A DNA stretch of 64,000 nucleotides from Chlamydiales bacterium (GTDB lineage: Bacteria; Chlamydiota; Chlamydiia; Chlamydiales; JAAKFR01). The stretch lies in contig JAFIGI010000017.1 in assembly GCA_020831465.1 (NCBI GenBank), positions 949 through 64,948 on the forward strand, read 5' to 3'. Every line of letters begins with the position of its first letter. Position 1 is the stretch's first letter. A model generated the notes under the pieces. That model had not been told where the DNA came from. It searched no databases and worked only from the letters and a program-made list of their open reading frames with translations. Shown in pieces: positions 37,730-48,688 of this stretch. The translations under genes and the position numbers were made by a program.

Positions 37730-37770
37730 AGTATTTCCTCCTTAAGATAGAAGTTAAGACTATACGAGGT

Positions 37771-39141
37771 TTAGCCGAAAAGTTCAAGCGCGCGGCAAAT
37801 CGTTAAATAGCCCTTTTCAAAACGGTCCATCCCGAAGTGTTCGTTCGGGGCATGGACGCGGTCTCCGGGTAGGCCGAGGCCGACCAGGACCATTTCCGCT
37901 CCTGCCGCTTCGGCAAGCTCGACTGCGATTGGGATCGTTCCTCCGATTAAAATTTTCTGACACGGTTTTTGAAAGACTTGCGAGTAGCTTTCGGTCATCA
38001 ACTGCGCGATGCGCGAGTGCGGATTTGTGCGGAATCCCCGCCCGTTTCCAGGAAGGATCTCGACAGTTGTTTTTAATCCTTCGGGGGTATTGCTGATTAA
38101 AAAATCGCGCACAATGGCTGCAATCCGATCAGGTGTCTGTTGGGGAACGAGGCGGCACGAGAGTTTTGCGTGCGCCATCGCAGGAATAACGGTTTTAAAA
38201 CCGGGTCCTGTATATCCTCCCCACATTCCATTGATTTCGAGAGTGGGACGGAGCCAATTAGCTTCGATAGGCGACAATCCCTTTTCCATCCCAGTCGGCT
38301 CGAATTCGAAAAGAGAGAAAAAATGGCCCGGGTCGAATGCAAAGGAGAGTTCTCTTTTTTCATGTGGATGGATTTCAACAACCTCGTCATAAAATCCCCA
38401 AACGGTTACTCCACCCGTATCATCGTGCAGTTTGGCCAACATTTCAGCAAGTGCGCGGTTGGGGTTGTAGGCCATGCCGCCCGCCATGCCGGAATGGAGG
38501 TCATACTGAGATTCCTGCACAGTTACCTCCATGCACACAATTCCCCGCGCGCCTAGGGTTATGGCCGGCTCATCGATCTTTTCTATTCCACTATCGACGA
38601 TAAGAAGGTAATCCGCGTTTAGCGCTTCTCTCTTTTCTTCCAAGAGGCGTGAAAGACCCAAGCTGCCGCTCTCTTCTTCACCTTCGATGACGAACTTGAG
38701 GTTGACGGGAAGCTCTCTTAGGTGTCTGAGAAGGGTTTTAATCGCGGTAATCGTATAGAAGCACTGTCCTTTATTATCGACGGCACCGCGTGCATAGATC
38801 TCGCCATCCCTAATGGTGGGCTCAAAAGGGGGAGAGAGCCACTCTTCTAGAGGATCGACCGGCTGGACGTCATAGTGACAGTAGAGAAGGAGTGTCTCTT
38901 TTTCCGGACCTGCCCGAAGATCGGAAGCAAAAATAATAGGAGCTTTTTCAGTTTCCCATCGTTCAATAGTAAGGCCGGACAAATGGAGGTAATCGGCGAG
39001 CCAATCGGCGCATTTTTCTACTTCATCGTGGTAGTTGGGGTCAGTTGCAATGCTTTTGAATCGTAGAAATGTAAAGAAATCACGTAAAACGTCTTCTTTT
39101 TCTTTTTCGAACAATTCTTTTAATTTAGTAATTTCCAGCAT
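37771..39141 (-). CDS. M20 family dipeptidase/deacylase
   Basis: 456 aa. HYDVQP, RGAVDNKG and EGEEESGS motifs. Confidence 0.85.
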   Translation of the reverse strand: MLEITKLKELFEKEKEDVLRDFFTFLRFKSIATDPNYHDEVEKCADWLADYLHLSGLTIERWETEKAPIIFASDLRAGPEKETLLLYCHYDVQPVDPLEEWLSPPFEPTIRDGEIYARGAVDNKGQCFYTITAIKTLLRHLRELPVNLKFVIEGEEESGSLGLSRLLEEKREALNADYLLIVDSGIEKIDEPAITLGARGIVCMEVTVQESQYDLHSGMAGGMAYNPNRALAEMLAKLHDDTGGVTVWGFYDEVVEIHPHEKRELSFAFDPGHFFSLFEFEPTGMEKGLSPIEANWLRPTLEINGMWGGYTGPGFKTVIPAMAHAKLSCRLVPQQTPDRIAAIVRDFLISNTPEGLKTTVEILPGNGRGFRTNPHSRIAQLMTESYSQVFQKPCQKILIGGTIPIAVELAEAAGAEMVLVGLGLPGDRVHAPNEHFGMDRFEKGYLTICRALELFG

Positions 39142-40253
39142 ATCAAAAAAGAGAGATTAATCAGTAGATAGATTATTAAATAATACCGCACTTTGCGGTG
39201 ATGTTTACCTATCAAGCGGTGATCGGCTTCTGCTTGTTTTAAAAAGGAGATCCGATCATCCAGACTGCCATGATGCCAATTTTTCTTTTTCAAAGGAAGG
39301 GAATTTAAATAGGAAATTCTGTTCAATGCAGTCGTTAATGTTTCACCGCTAATCCCGACTGCAAAAACATGGAGATCTGCTTGTCTTTCAAAGTTGCGGG
39401 AGAAAAATCCGACGACTACGCGGATATAAAGGATAAATATCAAAGCATAAGAAAGATAAGTAAGAATTGGAGGTATACGTTCCAGCCAGGGTGCAAGAAG
39501 AGCAGCTATTGTAGGAAAGCCCAGGAGCAAGAGAGGATAGAGCAAAAGATGTTTATGAAAGGCATGTCCCATTTCATGGGCTAAGACGGCCTCCACCTCC
39601 TCTGCGGGAAAGGCACGCAGCAGCTTTTCTGTGAATAGGACATAACGGAACCGTGGAAAGACACCGATGATTGCGGCGGTCGCGCTCCCATGCATCACAT
39701 TCCAAACCAGAAGTCCTCCATGGTGAAAGCCGTGTTGTTTGCATAAAAAGTCTAGCCTATCCCTGAGGGGTGAGTAGGGAAGCGGTTGACACCTCGATGC
39801 CCATTGGAAAGCGAGAGGGAGAAGAAGAATAATAGCTGCCGCCAGTAAAAAAGAAACCCCTAGAAAGGCTTCTTTACCAATTAGAGGAACGAGCCAATGA
39901 GAGGCAGCTGTAAAGAGGAGAAAAGGGAGCGCGAAGGGAATCAGGAAAAGGGCAAGATTCCATGAAATCCCAATTCCCACAGCAAGAAAGTAAAGAGTCA
40001 GATAAGAGCTAATCGAAAAAACTGTATGCGGAATGCCTACCCCATAAAAAAAGAGAAGTGTAAAGAGAAAGAGCTCAGAAAATAGGATTGTATCCCTTAG
40101 AGGACGTTGAAAGATTTTTTTCTGGTTTGAGGCCGCAAGAAGAAGAGGAATTGCTGCAATAAGCAAGGTCGCAATGCCTTCATTATTAGGGATCGACGGA
40201 GATAGGTCGACCGCTAACAAGGTCAAAATAAAAAAAACTAAAGAGCGCAGCAT
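39120..40253 (-). CDS. M48 family (HtpX/Ste24-like) membrane zinc protease
   Basis: 377 aa, polytopic, with an HEMGH zinc motif. 22-nt overlap with the downstream M20 gene start. Confidence 0.75.
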   Translation of the reverse strand: MLRSLVFFILTLLAVDLSPSIPNNEGIATLLIAAIPLLLAASNQKKIFQRPLRDTILFSELFLFTLLFFYGVGIPHTVFSISSYLTLYFLAVGIGISWNLALFLIPFALPFLLFTAASHWLVPLIGKEAFLGVSFLLAAAIILLLPLAFQWASRCQPLPYSPLRDRLDFLCKQHGFHHGGLLVWNVMHGSATAAIIGVFPRFRYVLFTEKLLRAFPAEEVEAVLAHEMGHAFHKHLLLYPLLLLGFPTIAALLAPWLERIPPILTYLSYALIFILYIRVVVGFFSRNFERQADLHVFAVGISGETLTTALNRISYLNSLPLKKKNWHHGSLDDRISFLKQAEADHRLIGKHHRKVRYYLIIYLLINLSFLICWKLLN

Positions 40254-40261
40254 TACCTAAA

Positions 40262-43204
40262 TTAGATTGAATACAAGGGTAATGTTTCTTTTAACAGAGG
40301 GTTCTCTTTTCCGAGTAGTCCTTTTCCCGCGAAAGAGACAAGAACACCTTTTTCGATGCCCGTGATCAGATGTTTTTTTACGGCATGGATGATCTCTTCT
40401 CTTGAGAGCTTCAAGAGTCGCTCGCGAAATAGTTGCCTAACTTCAGGCGTGCGGTTTCCGCGCAAGCGCCCGTAGGTTGTAATGGCGCGTGCCCCCGGCG
40501 GAGTCGGTGCGTCTAAATCCTGAAAGAGTCCTAGTTGCGCTTCTTCGATTTCTGAAGCGTCGAAGGCGCCGGCAGCGATCGTTTCTATAGCTTCATGAAA
40601 GGCTTCGATTGTGGAGTTCAGATGGGGATCCCTGTAGGCGTAAAAGTAAAACTGGCCGGAGAGAACCCCGTTAATGGCTCCCGCTCCGTAAGCACCTCCT
40701 TGTTCGCGAATCCGTTTGTGCAGCACTTTGTTTTCCATGATTTCGGAAGCAACGCTGAGTGCAGGAGCATGAGGGTCAGTGTAACAGACAGAGCTGAAGA
40801 GTAGTGCGGTAAACGCCACGGGAGAGGCGATCATTCTGCCTTGAGATTCGGTCGCCCGAATCGGATAATCTCCTTTCCATGGAACAAACGGTTTTGAGGG
40901 GGTTTCCATCAATCCGTAAAATCTATCACTTTTCAGTTTTTTGATAGTCTCTTTATCGCAGCTAAGTACTAGATCGCCTCCCCGGATGCCTAGGCATAGT
41001 TCTTGCAGTTTTTCCAACCTGGAAATCAAAGCGGCGGGATCTTTATCGAATTCTTCGATGATTTTTTTAAGCTCGTAGTAATAGTCAAGGCCATACCAGA
41101 CGCTGCAGATTGTCGAAGGAACAGAGAGCCCTCGCGAAGCAAGATTTACCGCGTAGCGCAGCGAGTTATGCTGGATGCTGTTTTCAAGGCCCGAGAAATG
41201 TTGCATTAACAACTCCCGAATGCGTGAGATGTCTTTAAAATCGGCGCTTGTCAGTAGATCGCGGAAAACGGGAAAAAACTTATCCATCTTCCGATAAAGG
41301 GCTTTTCCGCGAATTGTCAACGAAGGACGCATTTTTCCCGGGTCATCCGCCTGGATTCCAAGGTCGAGCGAAACTCCGATTCCTCCCGTGTGTTGCAGCA
41401 AATATTCCAGGTTCTCCCTGTAGTCTCGCCCGCCGCATCCTATTTGCGGGAGAATTAAAGAGAAAAGGCGGAGATAGGCTAGCTCTTCTTCAGCTATGGC
41501 AGGTAAATCGAAGACTAAATCGGCATACAAAATATCATTGGTGAAGCAGGGATGATAGTAGAGGTCGAACCTTTCGAAGCTCTCAACTTCTAAAGGAAAC
41601 TCCTTTCCATCAGGGGCGACGTCTGCAAGCGTCACTTTGGGCAAAATATCGATATCTTGAGATTCCGACTCTTCTTGAAGTTTTTCCAACTCTTTGGCCT
41701 GATCGAGAATTCTTTTCACATCCGGATCTTTGAGCGATGCGCAAATATTAACCAAGAGGGTTTGTTCTTCTTCACTCTCTTGGGCGACGAGCTCTTTCTC
41801 AGGGAGCATTGTGATGCGGGCGTAGTGGTTATTTTTGAGAAAATGCTTTTCGATCAATTTCGTAAGGTAGATAGGATCTTTCACTTTTTCGCGCAATTGT
41901 GCAAAGAGACTGTGTACGCGCAGGCCATCTTCGGGATTACCCCCATGCTGTTTGAGTAGGGCGGAACGAAAGAAAAGATGGAGGCCGTAAGGAGAGGAGT
42001 TACCCGTGATCTCTGTGCGCGCCATTTCGATTTGATGGATGGCGCCGTCAATTAGATGGGTAGGAATCCCATTTTCAACAAGCAGACTGAGAGTCTCACG
42101 GATAATTTTTTCGATCGCTTCGCCATTTTCCGCTCGACACCCTTTGCATATGATCGCAAAGGGGATCTCACTCATTTCGGTATCGATCATCGAATCTGTC
42201 TGCTTGCACAGATTCGATTTAAGCAGGGCCTCTTTAAGAGGTGCCGCATCTGTTCCCATTAATACGACGTCCAAGAGGCAAAGAGCCATTAGCTCAACTT
42301 GCTCCAAGATTCCGCAGGTCAGCCAGGAGAGCCCCATGAGCATTTTGTCGGTAGGGTCATCCTCTTCCGAAATGGGATAAGCAAGGGTTTTAACGATGCC
42401 TTTTTGAAAGCGGGGCTGTCTAGGAAGGAAGGGAAGTGGGGAAAGCTTTTCAACGCCTGCGAGTGCGTGCTCTTCTAAAAACGCTAGATGTTTTTCTAGA
42501 GGGAGGTTGCCGTAAAAGTAAAAAAGGCAGCGACTTGGATGATAGAATTTAGCGTGGAAGGCTTTCAATTCCTCATAGGTCAGCGTAGGGATCTCTTTAG
42601 GGTCTCCCCCAGAGTTCACCCCATAGGTCAGATCCGGAAAAAGTGCGTGCATCAGATTTTCCGACAACCGTGCTTCTCCCGATGCCATCGCTCCCTTCAT
42701 CTCGTTGTAGACAACCCCTTTGAACATGAGGGGGGAGTTTGGATCTTCCGGATTTAAAAACTCGAGCCGGTGTCCCTCCTGGCGAAAGCTTAGCTCAGTC
42801 AGCTTGGGCTTAAAGACCGCATCCAGATAGACCTCTAGGAGGTTGTAAAAGTCTTTTTCCACCTGGGATGCAGCCGGATAGCAAGTGAAATCGGCTCCTG
42901 TAAGAGCGTTCATGAAAGTATTGAGACTGCGCCGGTTCATCGAAAAAAAGGGATCGCGCACAGGAAATCTCTCAGAACCGCAGAGCACGACATGTTCAAG
43001 TATATGGGCGACCCCGTTCGAGCGGTCGGGCCATGTACGGAAAGAGAGGTTGAAGAGATTTTCCTCGTCGTCGTTCGCAATCTGCATCACTTGCGCGCCG
43101 GATGGAAGGTGTTCAAGTTCGATCAGCGAGGTTTGGATTTCACTAATCTCGGAAATGCGTGTAACGGCGAAGTTCCCATACATCTCTTCAAGTTTTCGGG
43201 GCAT
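40262..43204 (-). CDS. M16C presequence-protease-like (PreP/Cym1 type) zinc metallopeptidase
   Basis: 980 aa. HILEH (HxxEH) followed by VVLCGSERFP. The size fits the four-domain M16C enzymes. Confidence 0.9.
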   Translation of the reverse strand: MPRKLEEMYGNFAVTRISEISEIQTSLIELEHLPSGAQVMQIANDDEENLFNLSFRTWPDRSNGVAHILEHVVLCGSERFPVRDPFFSMNRRSLNTFMNALTGADFTCYPAASQVEKDFYNLLEVYLDAVFKPKLTELSFRQEGHRLEFLNPEDPNSPLMFKGVVYNEMKGAMASGEARLSENLMHALFPDLTYGVNSGGDPKEIPTLTYEELKAFHAKFYHPSRCLFYFYGNLPLEKHLAFLEEHALAGVEKLSPLPFLPRQPRFQKGIVKTLAYPISEEDDPTDKMLMGLSWLTCGILEQVELMALCLLDVVLMGTDAAPLKEALLKSNLCKQTDSMIDTEMSEIPFAIICKGCRAENGEAIEKIIRETLSLLVENGIPTHLIDGAIHQIEMARTEITGNSSPYGLHLFFRSALLKQHGGNPEDGLRVHSLFAQLREKVKDPIYLTKLIEKHFLKNNHYARITMLPEKELVAQESEEEQTLLVNICASLKDPDVKRILDQAKELEKLQEESESQDIDILPKVTLADVAPDGKEFPLEVESFERFDLYYHPCFTNDILYADLVFDLPAIAEEELAYLRLFSLILPQIGCGGRDYRENLEYLLQHTGGIGVSLDLGIQADDPGKMRPSLTIRGKALYRKMDKFFPVFRDLLTSADFKDISRIRELLMQHFSGLENSIQHNSLRYAVNLASRGLSVPSTICSVWYGLDYYYELKKIIEEFDKDPAALISRLEKLQELCLGIRGGDLVLSCDKETIKKLKSDRFYGLMETPSKPFVPWKGDYPIRATESQGRMIASPVAFTALLFSSVCYTDPHAPALSVASEIMENKVLHKRIREQGGAYGAGAINGVLSGQFYFYAYRDPHLNSTIEAFHEAIETIAAGAFDASEIEEAQLGLFQDLDAPTPPGARAITTYGRLRGNRTPEVRQLFRERLLKLSREEIIHAVKKHLITGIEKGVLVSFAGKGLLGKENPLLKETLPLYSI

Positions 43205-43262
43205 AAAAAAACCTCTTGATCAGAAAGGGATCCAATCTAGAGGAAATGAATTTTTTTGGCTA

Positions 43263-43721
43263 TCATTCCAAGAGAAAGCTCTGCTTGATCACTTTTACGA
43301 TCTTGGAGAAAAATCTGGCGAAAAGCCCTTTTTCGTAATTCTTGTGCGAAGCTTCGATCTTTTGATCCAGGCCGGCTTTGACTTCATGCCAAGTTTTTGA
43401 GGGGTCAAGCGGTTTATGCCACCTGCGGTTAGGAATCCCTTCTCCTAGCCTCAGCCGCCAAAAGAGCGCAGCCTCATCGAACGTAAGGCTGTGTGGGGCC
43501 AGATTCGATTTGTAACTCACCGCAGAGAAAAATGAAGGATTAGAGAGAGGCTGCGGCTTTGCCTGATCACCCCTTCCCGGTCGTAAATAGCACAAGGCTA
43601 TGTCCTCCTCTTTCGGACCACTTCGTTTTGATCTGGCTTTGCCTCCCTCACTCTCTAATCCTTTATTTTTGCGTAAGGTGAGTTTGTGATATTGTGTGCA
43701 AAATTCCATAAAGAATAACAA
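43263..43721 (-). CDS. Hypothetical protein
   Basis: 152-aa ORF with no motif recognised. Coding status uncertain. Confidence 0.35.
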   Translation of the reverse strand: MLFFMEFCTQYHKLTLRKNKGLESEGGKARSKRSGPKEEDIALCYLRPGRGDQAKPQPLSNPSFFSAVSYKSNLAPHSLTFDEAALFWRLRLGEGIPNRRWHKPLDPSKTWHEVKAGLDQKIEASHKNYEKGLFARFFSKIVKVIKQSFLLE

Positions 43722-43756
43722 TTATAACAAATAATACAATTTATTTCAATAATGGT

Positions 43757-44032
43757 TTAATGAGCGTTTTTTCGACGTAGGCAATAGATAAGGAGAAGTA
43801 AAAAACTAATAAAGACTAAAAGAGAGCAGGCGTAAAAGATCAATTCGATCGCAATCCCTGCTATGATCCCTCCGAAGAGGGGAGCAAGGAACTGCCCAAG
43901 TGACTGCATCGACTGGCCGATCCCCAGGCTTTTCCCTTGTGCTTCGGCCGTAGCGGCCAGTGAAATCAGACTCATAGCATTTGCCCAAGCAATTGCAGCA
44001 AAAATACCGGAAAGGATGTATAGCAGAATCAG
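43757..44032 (-). pseudogene. C-terminal remnant of an MFS transporter
   Basis: The open frame encodes only about 90 aa of MFS-like TM helices (ILSGIFAAIAWANAMSLISLAATAEAQGKSLGIGQSMQSLGQFLAPLFGG...). Reading upstream, it runs into repeat family A at 44019..44034 and a stop at 44033..44035. Confidence 0.6.
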
Positions 44033-44034
44033 TT
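44019..44034. repeat. Family A repeat terminus (TATAGCAGAATCAGTT)
   Basis: Exact match to the terminus at 36132..36147 and 61872..61887. Confidence 0.7.
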
Positions 44035-44133
44035 ATAATAAGCGGAAATCAAAGAGCGGATTCGCACCTGCATAAGCACGAATCCTAAGAGAATCTTATT
44101 TTTAGGTCAGCCAATTTTCTATCGGCGGAGTTT

Positions 44134-45186
44134 TTACCAGGTAAGATTGGCCGCTGTCTGGTACTCCGTCACCCGCGTTTCGAAGAAATTCTTCTCCTTA
44201 TTTAAGTCAATTGTTTCGCTCATCCAAGGAAAGGGGTTTTTCGATCCATAAACTGCCTTCAAACCGATGCGCTCAAGCCTGCGGTCGGCAATGTGCTGCA
44301 CGTAATCGCGAAACATCGGCGCACGCAAGCCCAAGATGCCGCGAGGCAAACAATCCTCGGCATAGGCAATCTCAAGTTCGACCGCTTCTTTGACGCGCTT
44401 CACAATGTGCTTCTGAAAATCGGGAGTCCAAAGCTCAGGGTTTTCCTCTTTGATCCCGTTGATCAAGTCAATTCCAAAGTTAAGGTGGATCGTCTCGTCG
44501 CGCAAGATATATTGATACTGCTCCCCAATGCCGGTCATCTTGTTTTGGCGATGGAAGGAGAGGATCATGACAAAGCCGCTGTAAAAGAAAATCCCTTCCA
44601 TGATGATGTAGTAACCGACAAGATTCTCAAGAAATTTTTGAGCTCCATCGAACGTCTTGGTCGTAAATCCTTCGCTTAAGACGTCGGCTGTAAGCTGCAT
44701 CTCAAATGCGTCCTTTTCTTTGATGACGGGGATCTCGTTATACATGTTGAATACTTGTCCCTCGTTAAGGCCGAGAGATTCGCAGATATAGAGGAAGGTG
44801 TGCGAATGGACCGCCTCCTCAAATGCCTGACGCAGGAGATACTGTCTCGCTTCAGGGTTGGTGATGTGCTTGAAGATTGCGAGCACGATATTATTGCCGA
44901 CAAGGCTCTCAGCCGTGCTGAAAAAGCCCAGGTTGCGCATGATCACGTGCCGCTCGTCCTCCGAAAGCTTGTTGGATTTCCAAAGTTCGATATCTTTAGC
45001 CATCGGAACTTCAGTCGGAAGCCAGTTATTGGCGCACCCGTTGAGGTAATGTTCCCATGCCCACTTATATTTCAAGGGCATGAGCTGATTTACATCAACG
45101 GTATTGCAGTTAATGAGACGCTTCTCTTTAGCATCAATTCGCTTCTGCTTAGCGGTTTGAGTTTCTTCTTCTTCTAACGTTAACAT
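44134..45186 (-). CDS. nrdB: Ribonucleotide reductase small subunit, class Ic-type (Phe at the radical-Tyr position)
   Basis: 350 aa. Ferritin-like metal ligands [23 protein letters not shown] and RDETIHLNF. The residue 7 after the first Glu of EAVHSHTF is Phe. Confidence 0.9.
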   Translation of the reverse strand: MLTLEEEETQTAKQKRIDAKEKRLINCNTVDVNQLMPLKYKWAWEHYLNGCANNWLPTEVPMAKDIELWKSNKLSEDERHVIMRNLGFFSTAESLVGNNIVLAIFKHITNPEARQYLLRQAFEEAVHSHTFLYICESLGLNEGQVFNMYNEIPVIKEKDAFEMQLTADVLSEGFTTKTFDGAQKFLENLVGYYIIMEGIFFYSGFVMILSFHRQNKMTGIGEQYQYILRDETIHLNFGIDLINGIKEENPELWTPDFQKHIVKRVKEAVELEIAYAEDCLPRGILGLRAPMFRDYVQHIADRRLERIGLKAVYGSKNPFPWMSETIDLNKEKNFFETRVTEYQTAANLTW

Positions 45187-45212
45187 TATGTATTTCTCCT
45201 AAAAAGTAAGTA

Positions 45213-48200
45213 TTATTGACAGCTTTCGCAAGACTCGTCGTCAAGGCCGCACGCCTTAGGCATCTCCCTGTCGACAACAATCCTACTTGAGGCCGACTCG
45301 CTTCTCATCCAGCGGGGTTGAAGACCGCGCTTGTTGATGTCGGTAGTCGATTTCTCGACATGCGTGGCGCCTAGCGATCTAAGATAATAGGTCGTTTTGA
45401 GTCCTTTCTTCCAGGCCATAAAGTACATATCATTGAGCTTTTTCCCGCTCGGCTCCGCCAGATAGAGGTTGAGGGATTGACCCATGTCGATCCATTTTTG
45501 GCGGCGACTCGCACACTCGATGATCCAGTCGGGGTCGACTTCGAATGCGGTTGGAAAGAGCTTCTTCACCGAATCGGGGATCCGTTCGATCTCTAAAACC
45601 GAACCGTCGAAATACTTCAGGTCGTCGACCATCTCTGCATCCCATAAATCGAGCTCTTTGAGTTTATTTACGAGATAGGGGTTAAGGATGGTAAACTCTC
45701 CCGAGAGGTTCGACTTGACGAACAGGTGCTTGTACATCGGCTCGATCGATTGGGTGATCCCTGTGATATTCGAGATCGTAGCCGTCGGTGCGATCGCCAT
45801 CGTGTTGCAGTTGCGCATGCCATGTTTTTTAATGGAGTCGCGTACCGGACTCCAATCGAGGGAGGCCGAACTATCCATCGTAGAATACTCTTTTCCTCGT
45901 TCTTGGGCTAAGAGGCGAATCGAGTCGATCGGCAAAATGCCCCGGTCCCATTTAGATCCCTTATAAGTCAAGTAGGGACCCCGTTCCTTTGCAAGCTCGC
46001 TTGAGGCTAGAATGGCGTAATAGGAGATCATCTCCATGCTCTTATCAGCGAAATCAACCGCTTCATGGCTTGCGTAGCTGATCCCGAGCTCATAAAGAGC
46101 GTCCTGGAAGCCCATCAATCCCAAACCAATTGCACGGTGGCGCAGGTTTGCGCGTCTCGCTTCTTCGATCGGATAGAAATTGATGTCGATTACATTGTCG
46201 AGCATCCGCACTGCCGTGCGGATAGTCGATGCGAGGAGATCTTTGTCGAGTTTTCCGCTTTTGATATGGGCCGGCAAGTTGATCGACCCGAGGTTGCAGA
46301 CTGCCGTCTCTTCGACTGATGTGTTGAGCAATATCTCGGTACATAGGTTGGAGCTGTGGACAACTCCCGCATGATCTTGCGGCGAACGGATATTCGAGGG
46401 ATCCTTGAAGGTGATCCAGGGATGCCCCGTTTCATAAAGCATGCCCAGCATTTTGCGCCAAAGCTGCACCGCTTCGACCCTTTTGAAGAGTTTAATCTCT
46501 CCCGTTTCGGTCATTTTTTCATAAGCGCAGTATTTTTTTTCGAAGGCATTTCCGTACAAGTCATGCAGATCGGGGACATCGCTGGGCGAAAAGAGAGTCC
46601 ACATCTCGCCCCTCTCTACTCGCTTCATAAAGAGGTCGGGAATCCAGTTGGCAGTGTTCATATCGTGGGTGCGACGCCGCTCGTCTCCCGTATTTTTCCG
46701 CAGTTCCAAAAAGTCTTCGATATCCAGATGCCAGGTCTCGAGATAAGCGCACATCGCTCCCTTACGTTTACCTCCCTGGTTAACTGCTACAGCTGTGTCG
46801 TTTGCGACTTTTAGAAAGGGAATCACACCTTGGCTGCGGCCGTTGGTCCCTTTAATCATCGAACCGGTCGCGCGCACATTTGTCCAGTCATTTCCAAGAC
46901 CTCCCGCCCACTTGGAAAGCTGGGCATCGTCAGAGATGATCTTATAGATATTAGAGAGATCGTCCATCACGGTAGATAAGTAGCAGGAACTTAACTGAGA
47001 GTGGTTTGTGCCTGAGTTAAATAGGGTCGGCGTCGCCGAGACGTAGAGGAAGCGCGAAAGGGTGTTGTAAAACTCAATCGCCCGCTCCTCTTTCTGCTTC
47101 CCCTCACTCATCGCCAATCCCATCGCGACGCGCATCCATAGGATCTGCGGCGTCTCCAATCTCCGGTCTTGATGGTGGATAAAGTATCGGTCGTAAAGTG
47201 TTTGCAACCCGAGGTAAGTAAAATCCTTATCGCGCTCGATCACAAGAGCATCGGCCAACTTATCAAGATCGAAACTGAGCAAGGTCGGATCGAGCCTCTC
47301 ATGGGATACGGCTTGGCGGAAATATTCTTTGAAATATTTCTTGTAGATTTTTTTCAGGTTTGGATGTGCCGCCTCTATACCAAGGGCTTCCCGGTAAAGG
47401 ACGTCAAGGAGGAGATTCGCGGCGACATAGGTATAGGCGGGCTCGATCTCGACTTTCGCGCGCGCGGCCATAATGTTAGCCAGATCGACCTCGTAATCTT
47501 TAATCCCGTCATAGTAGTTAGTAATCGCTTGACTGACAAGATCTTCAGCTGAAACAAGCTTTTCATATCCCTTGCAGGCATGGGCGATTGTTTTCCGGAG
47601 TTGGTTTTTCCCTAACTTATAATGGGTGCCGTCTTTGCGCACCACTGAGAACTGCGCCTCTTCTTCGCCGGGCCCCTCTTCTTCAACATAATGGATCTCT
47701 TCATCTTTATGCTTTTCCCGTTCCGCTGCCGCTCTTGCGCGGTAAAGGATAAAATCTTTTGCGACCTGATAGTATCCCTCTTCCATCAAAGTTCGCTCGA
47801 TGGCGTCCTGTATCATTTCGATGCTCACAACGGTCCCGTTTTTTGCCTCCTCTACTGAGAAGTCGACGATCTTATTTGTCATAAGGTTGACGGATTCGAT
47901 CACTTCGCTTGGCGTCGGGCCGACGATTTTGAGTGTGTCGCGGAATCCCCTTTCGAGAGCGGATGCGATCTTCATCGGATTGAAACGGACGAATGAAACG
48001 CCGTCGCGGCGTAAAATCTTCAATGCACGGGGGGAATCTTTGCGTAATTTTTTGTGCTGATCGCGGTAGACGATATAATCACGCGCGACATCATGGTGGC
48101 CGGTCTCCATAAGTTTAATTTCGACGATATCCTGGATTCCCTCGACTGTAAGGAGGACGCCCATCGAGGCCATCGAGACGGCTTCTTCTACAACGAGATC

Positions 48201-48455
48201 GGCAATCAGTTCCATTGTCTGCCGGATTTGCTCAAGGAGCGGTTGGGGATGGGGGGTCTTTTTTGTGTCACGGAAGGCTGCTTCGAGTGCGTGTAGAATT
48301 CTATCTCGCCGGAAAGGAACGAGCATACCATTGCGTTTAACAATCGTATATCCTTCCGTTTTTGTTGTACGCGTCTCTTCTGCCATTTGATGATTCCTCA
48401 GTTCTACCTGGTCGCCGTCGGGCACAAGTGTAGCTATGCCTTGATCTTCTTTCAT
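45213..48455 (-). CDS. nrdA: Ribonucleotide reductase large subunit with three N-terminal ATP-cone domains
   Basis: 1080 aa. Three V(K/R)(R/K)(N/D)G-type cone starts ([34 protein letters not shown]). Catalytic NLCTEI and C-terminal CESCQ. Confidence 0.95.
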   Translation of the reverse strand: MKEDQGIATLVPDGDQVELRNHQMAEETRTTKTEGYTIVKRNGMLVPFRRDRILHALEAAFRDTKKTPHPQPLLEQIRQTMELIADLVVEEAVSMASMGVLLTVEGIQDIVEIKLMETGHHDVARDYIVYRDQHKKLRKDSPRALKILRRDGVSFVRFNPMKIASALERGFRDTLKIVGPTPSEVIESVNLMTNKIVDFSVEEAKNGTVVSIEMIQDAIERTLMEEGYYQVAKDFILYRARAAAEREKHKDEEIHYVEEEGPGEEEAQFSVVRKDGTHYKLGKNQLRKTIAHACKGYEKLVSAEDLVSQAITNYYDGIKDYEVDLANIMAARAKVEIEPAYTYVAANLLLDVLYREALGIEAAHPNLKKIYKKYFKEYFRQAVSHERLDPTLLSFDLDKLADALVIERDKDFTYLGLQTLYDRYFIHHQDRRLETPQILWMRVAMGLAMSEGKQKEERAIEFYNTLSRFLYVSATPTLFNSGTNHSQLSSCYLSTVMDDLSNIYKIISDDAQLSKWAGGLGNDWTNVRATGSMIKGTNGRSQGVIPFLKVANDTAVAVNQGGKRKGAMCAYLETWHLDIEDFLELRKNTGDERRRTHDMNTANWIPDLFMKRVERGEMWTLFSPSDVPDLHDLYGNAFEKKYCAYEKMTETGEIKLFKRVEAVQLWRKMLGMLYETGHPWITFKDPSNIRSPQDHAGVVHSSNLCTEILLNTSVEETAVCNLGSINLPAHIKSGKLDKDLLASTIRTAVRMLDNVIDINFYPIEEARRANLRHRAIGLGLMGFQDALYELGISYASHEAVDFADKSMEMISYYAILASSELAKERGPYLTYKGSKWDRGILPIDSIRLLAQERGKEYSTMDSSASLDWSPVRDSIKKHGMRNCNTMAIAPTATISNITGITQSIEPMYKHLFVKSNLSGEFTILNPYLVNKLKELDLWDAEMVDDLKYFDGSVLEIERIPDSVKKLFPTAFEVDPDWIIECASRRQKWIDMGQSLNLYLAEPSGKKLNDMYFMAWKKGLKTTYYLRSLGATHVEKSTTDINKRGLQPRWMRSESASSRIVVDREMPKACGLDDESCESCQ

Positions 48456-48522
48456 AAGTTTTTTTACTCTCTTTTTTTGGAAAATTACGCTTGCAAAAAA
48501 ATCAGTCGTTGAATTTAGGGGG

Positions 48523-48570
48523 ATACAACAGGTTGTATCGTTTGTCTCTTTGAAATACTATATATAGTAC
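48523..48570 (-). promoter_or_regulatory. Tandem NrdR-box-like palindromes upstream of nrdA
   Basis: ATACAACAGGTTGTAT (48523..48538) and ATACTATATATAGTAC (48555..48570). Centres are 32 bp apart. The proximal box is 68 nt upstream of the nrdA start. The second matches the NrdR consensus acaCwAtATaTwGtgt at 13 of 16 positions. Confidence 0.6.
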
Positions 48571-48688
48571 TGGAACGGTTAATGTCCATCGAAATTGCAT
48601 TGCGATTTTGCAAAAAATCAAAAACGATGGAAGTGAGAAATTTCGGGCATTCAGCGAATCGTAAGTTGAGGGACTGTGGCTTTGACGC

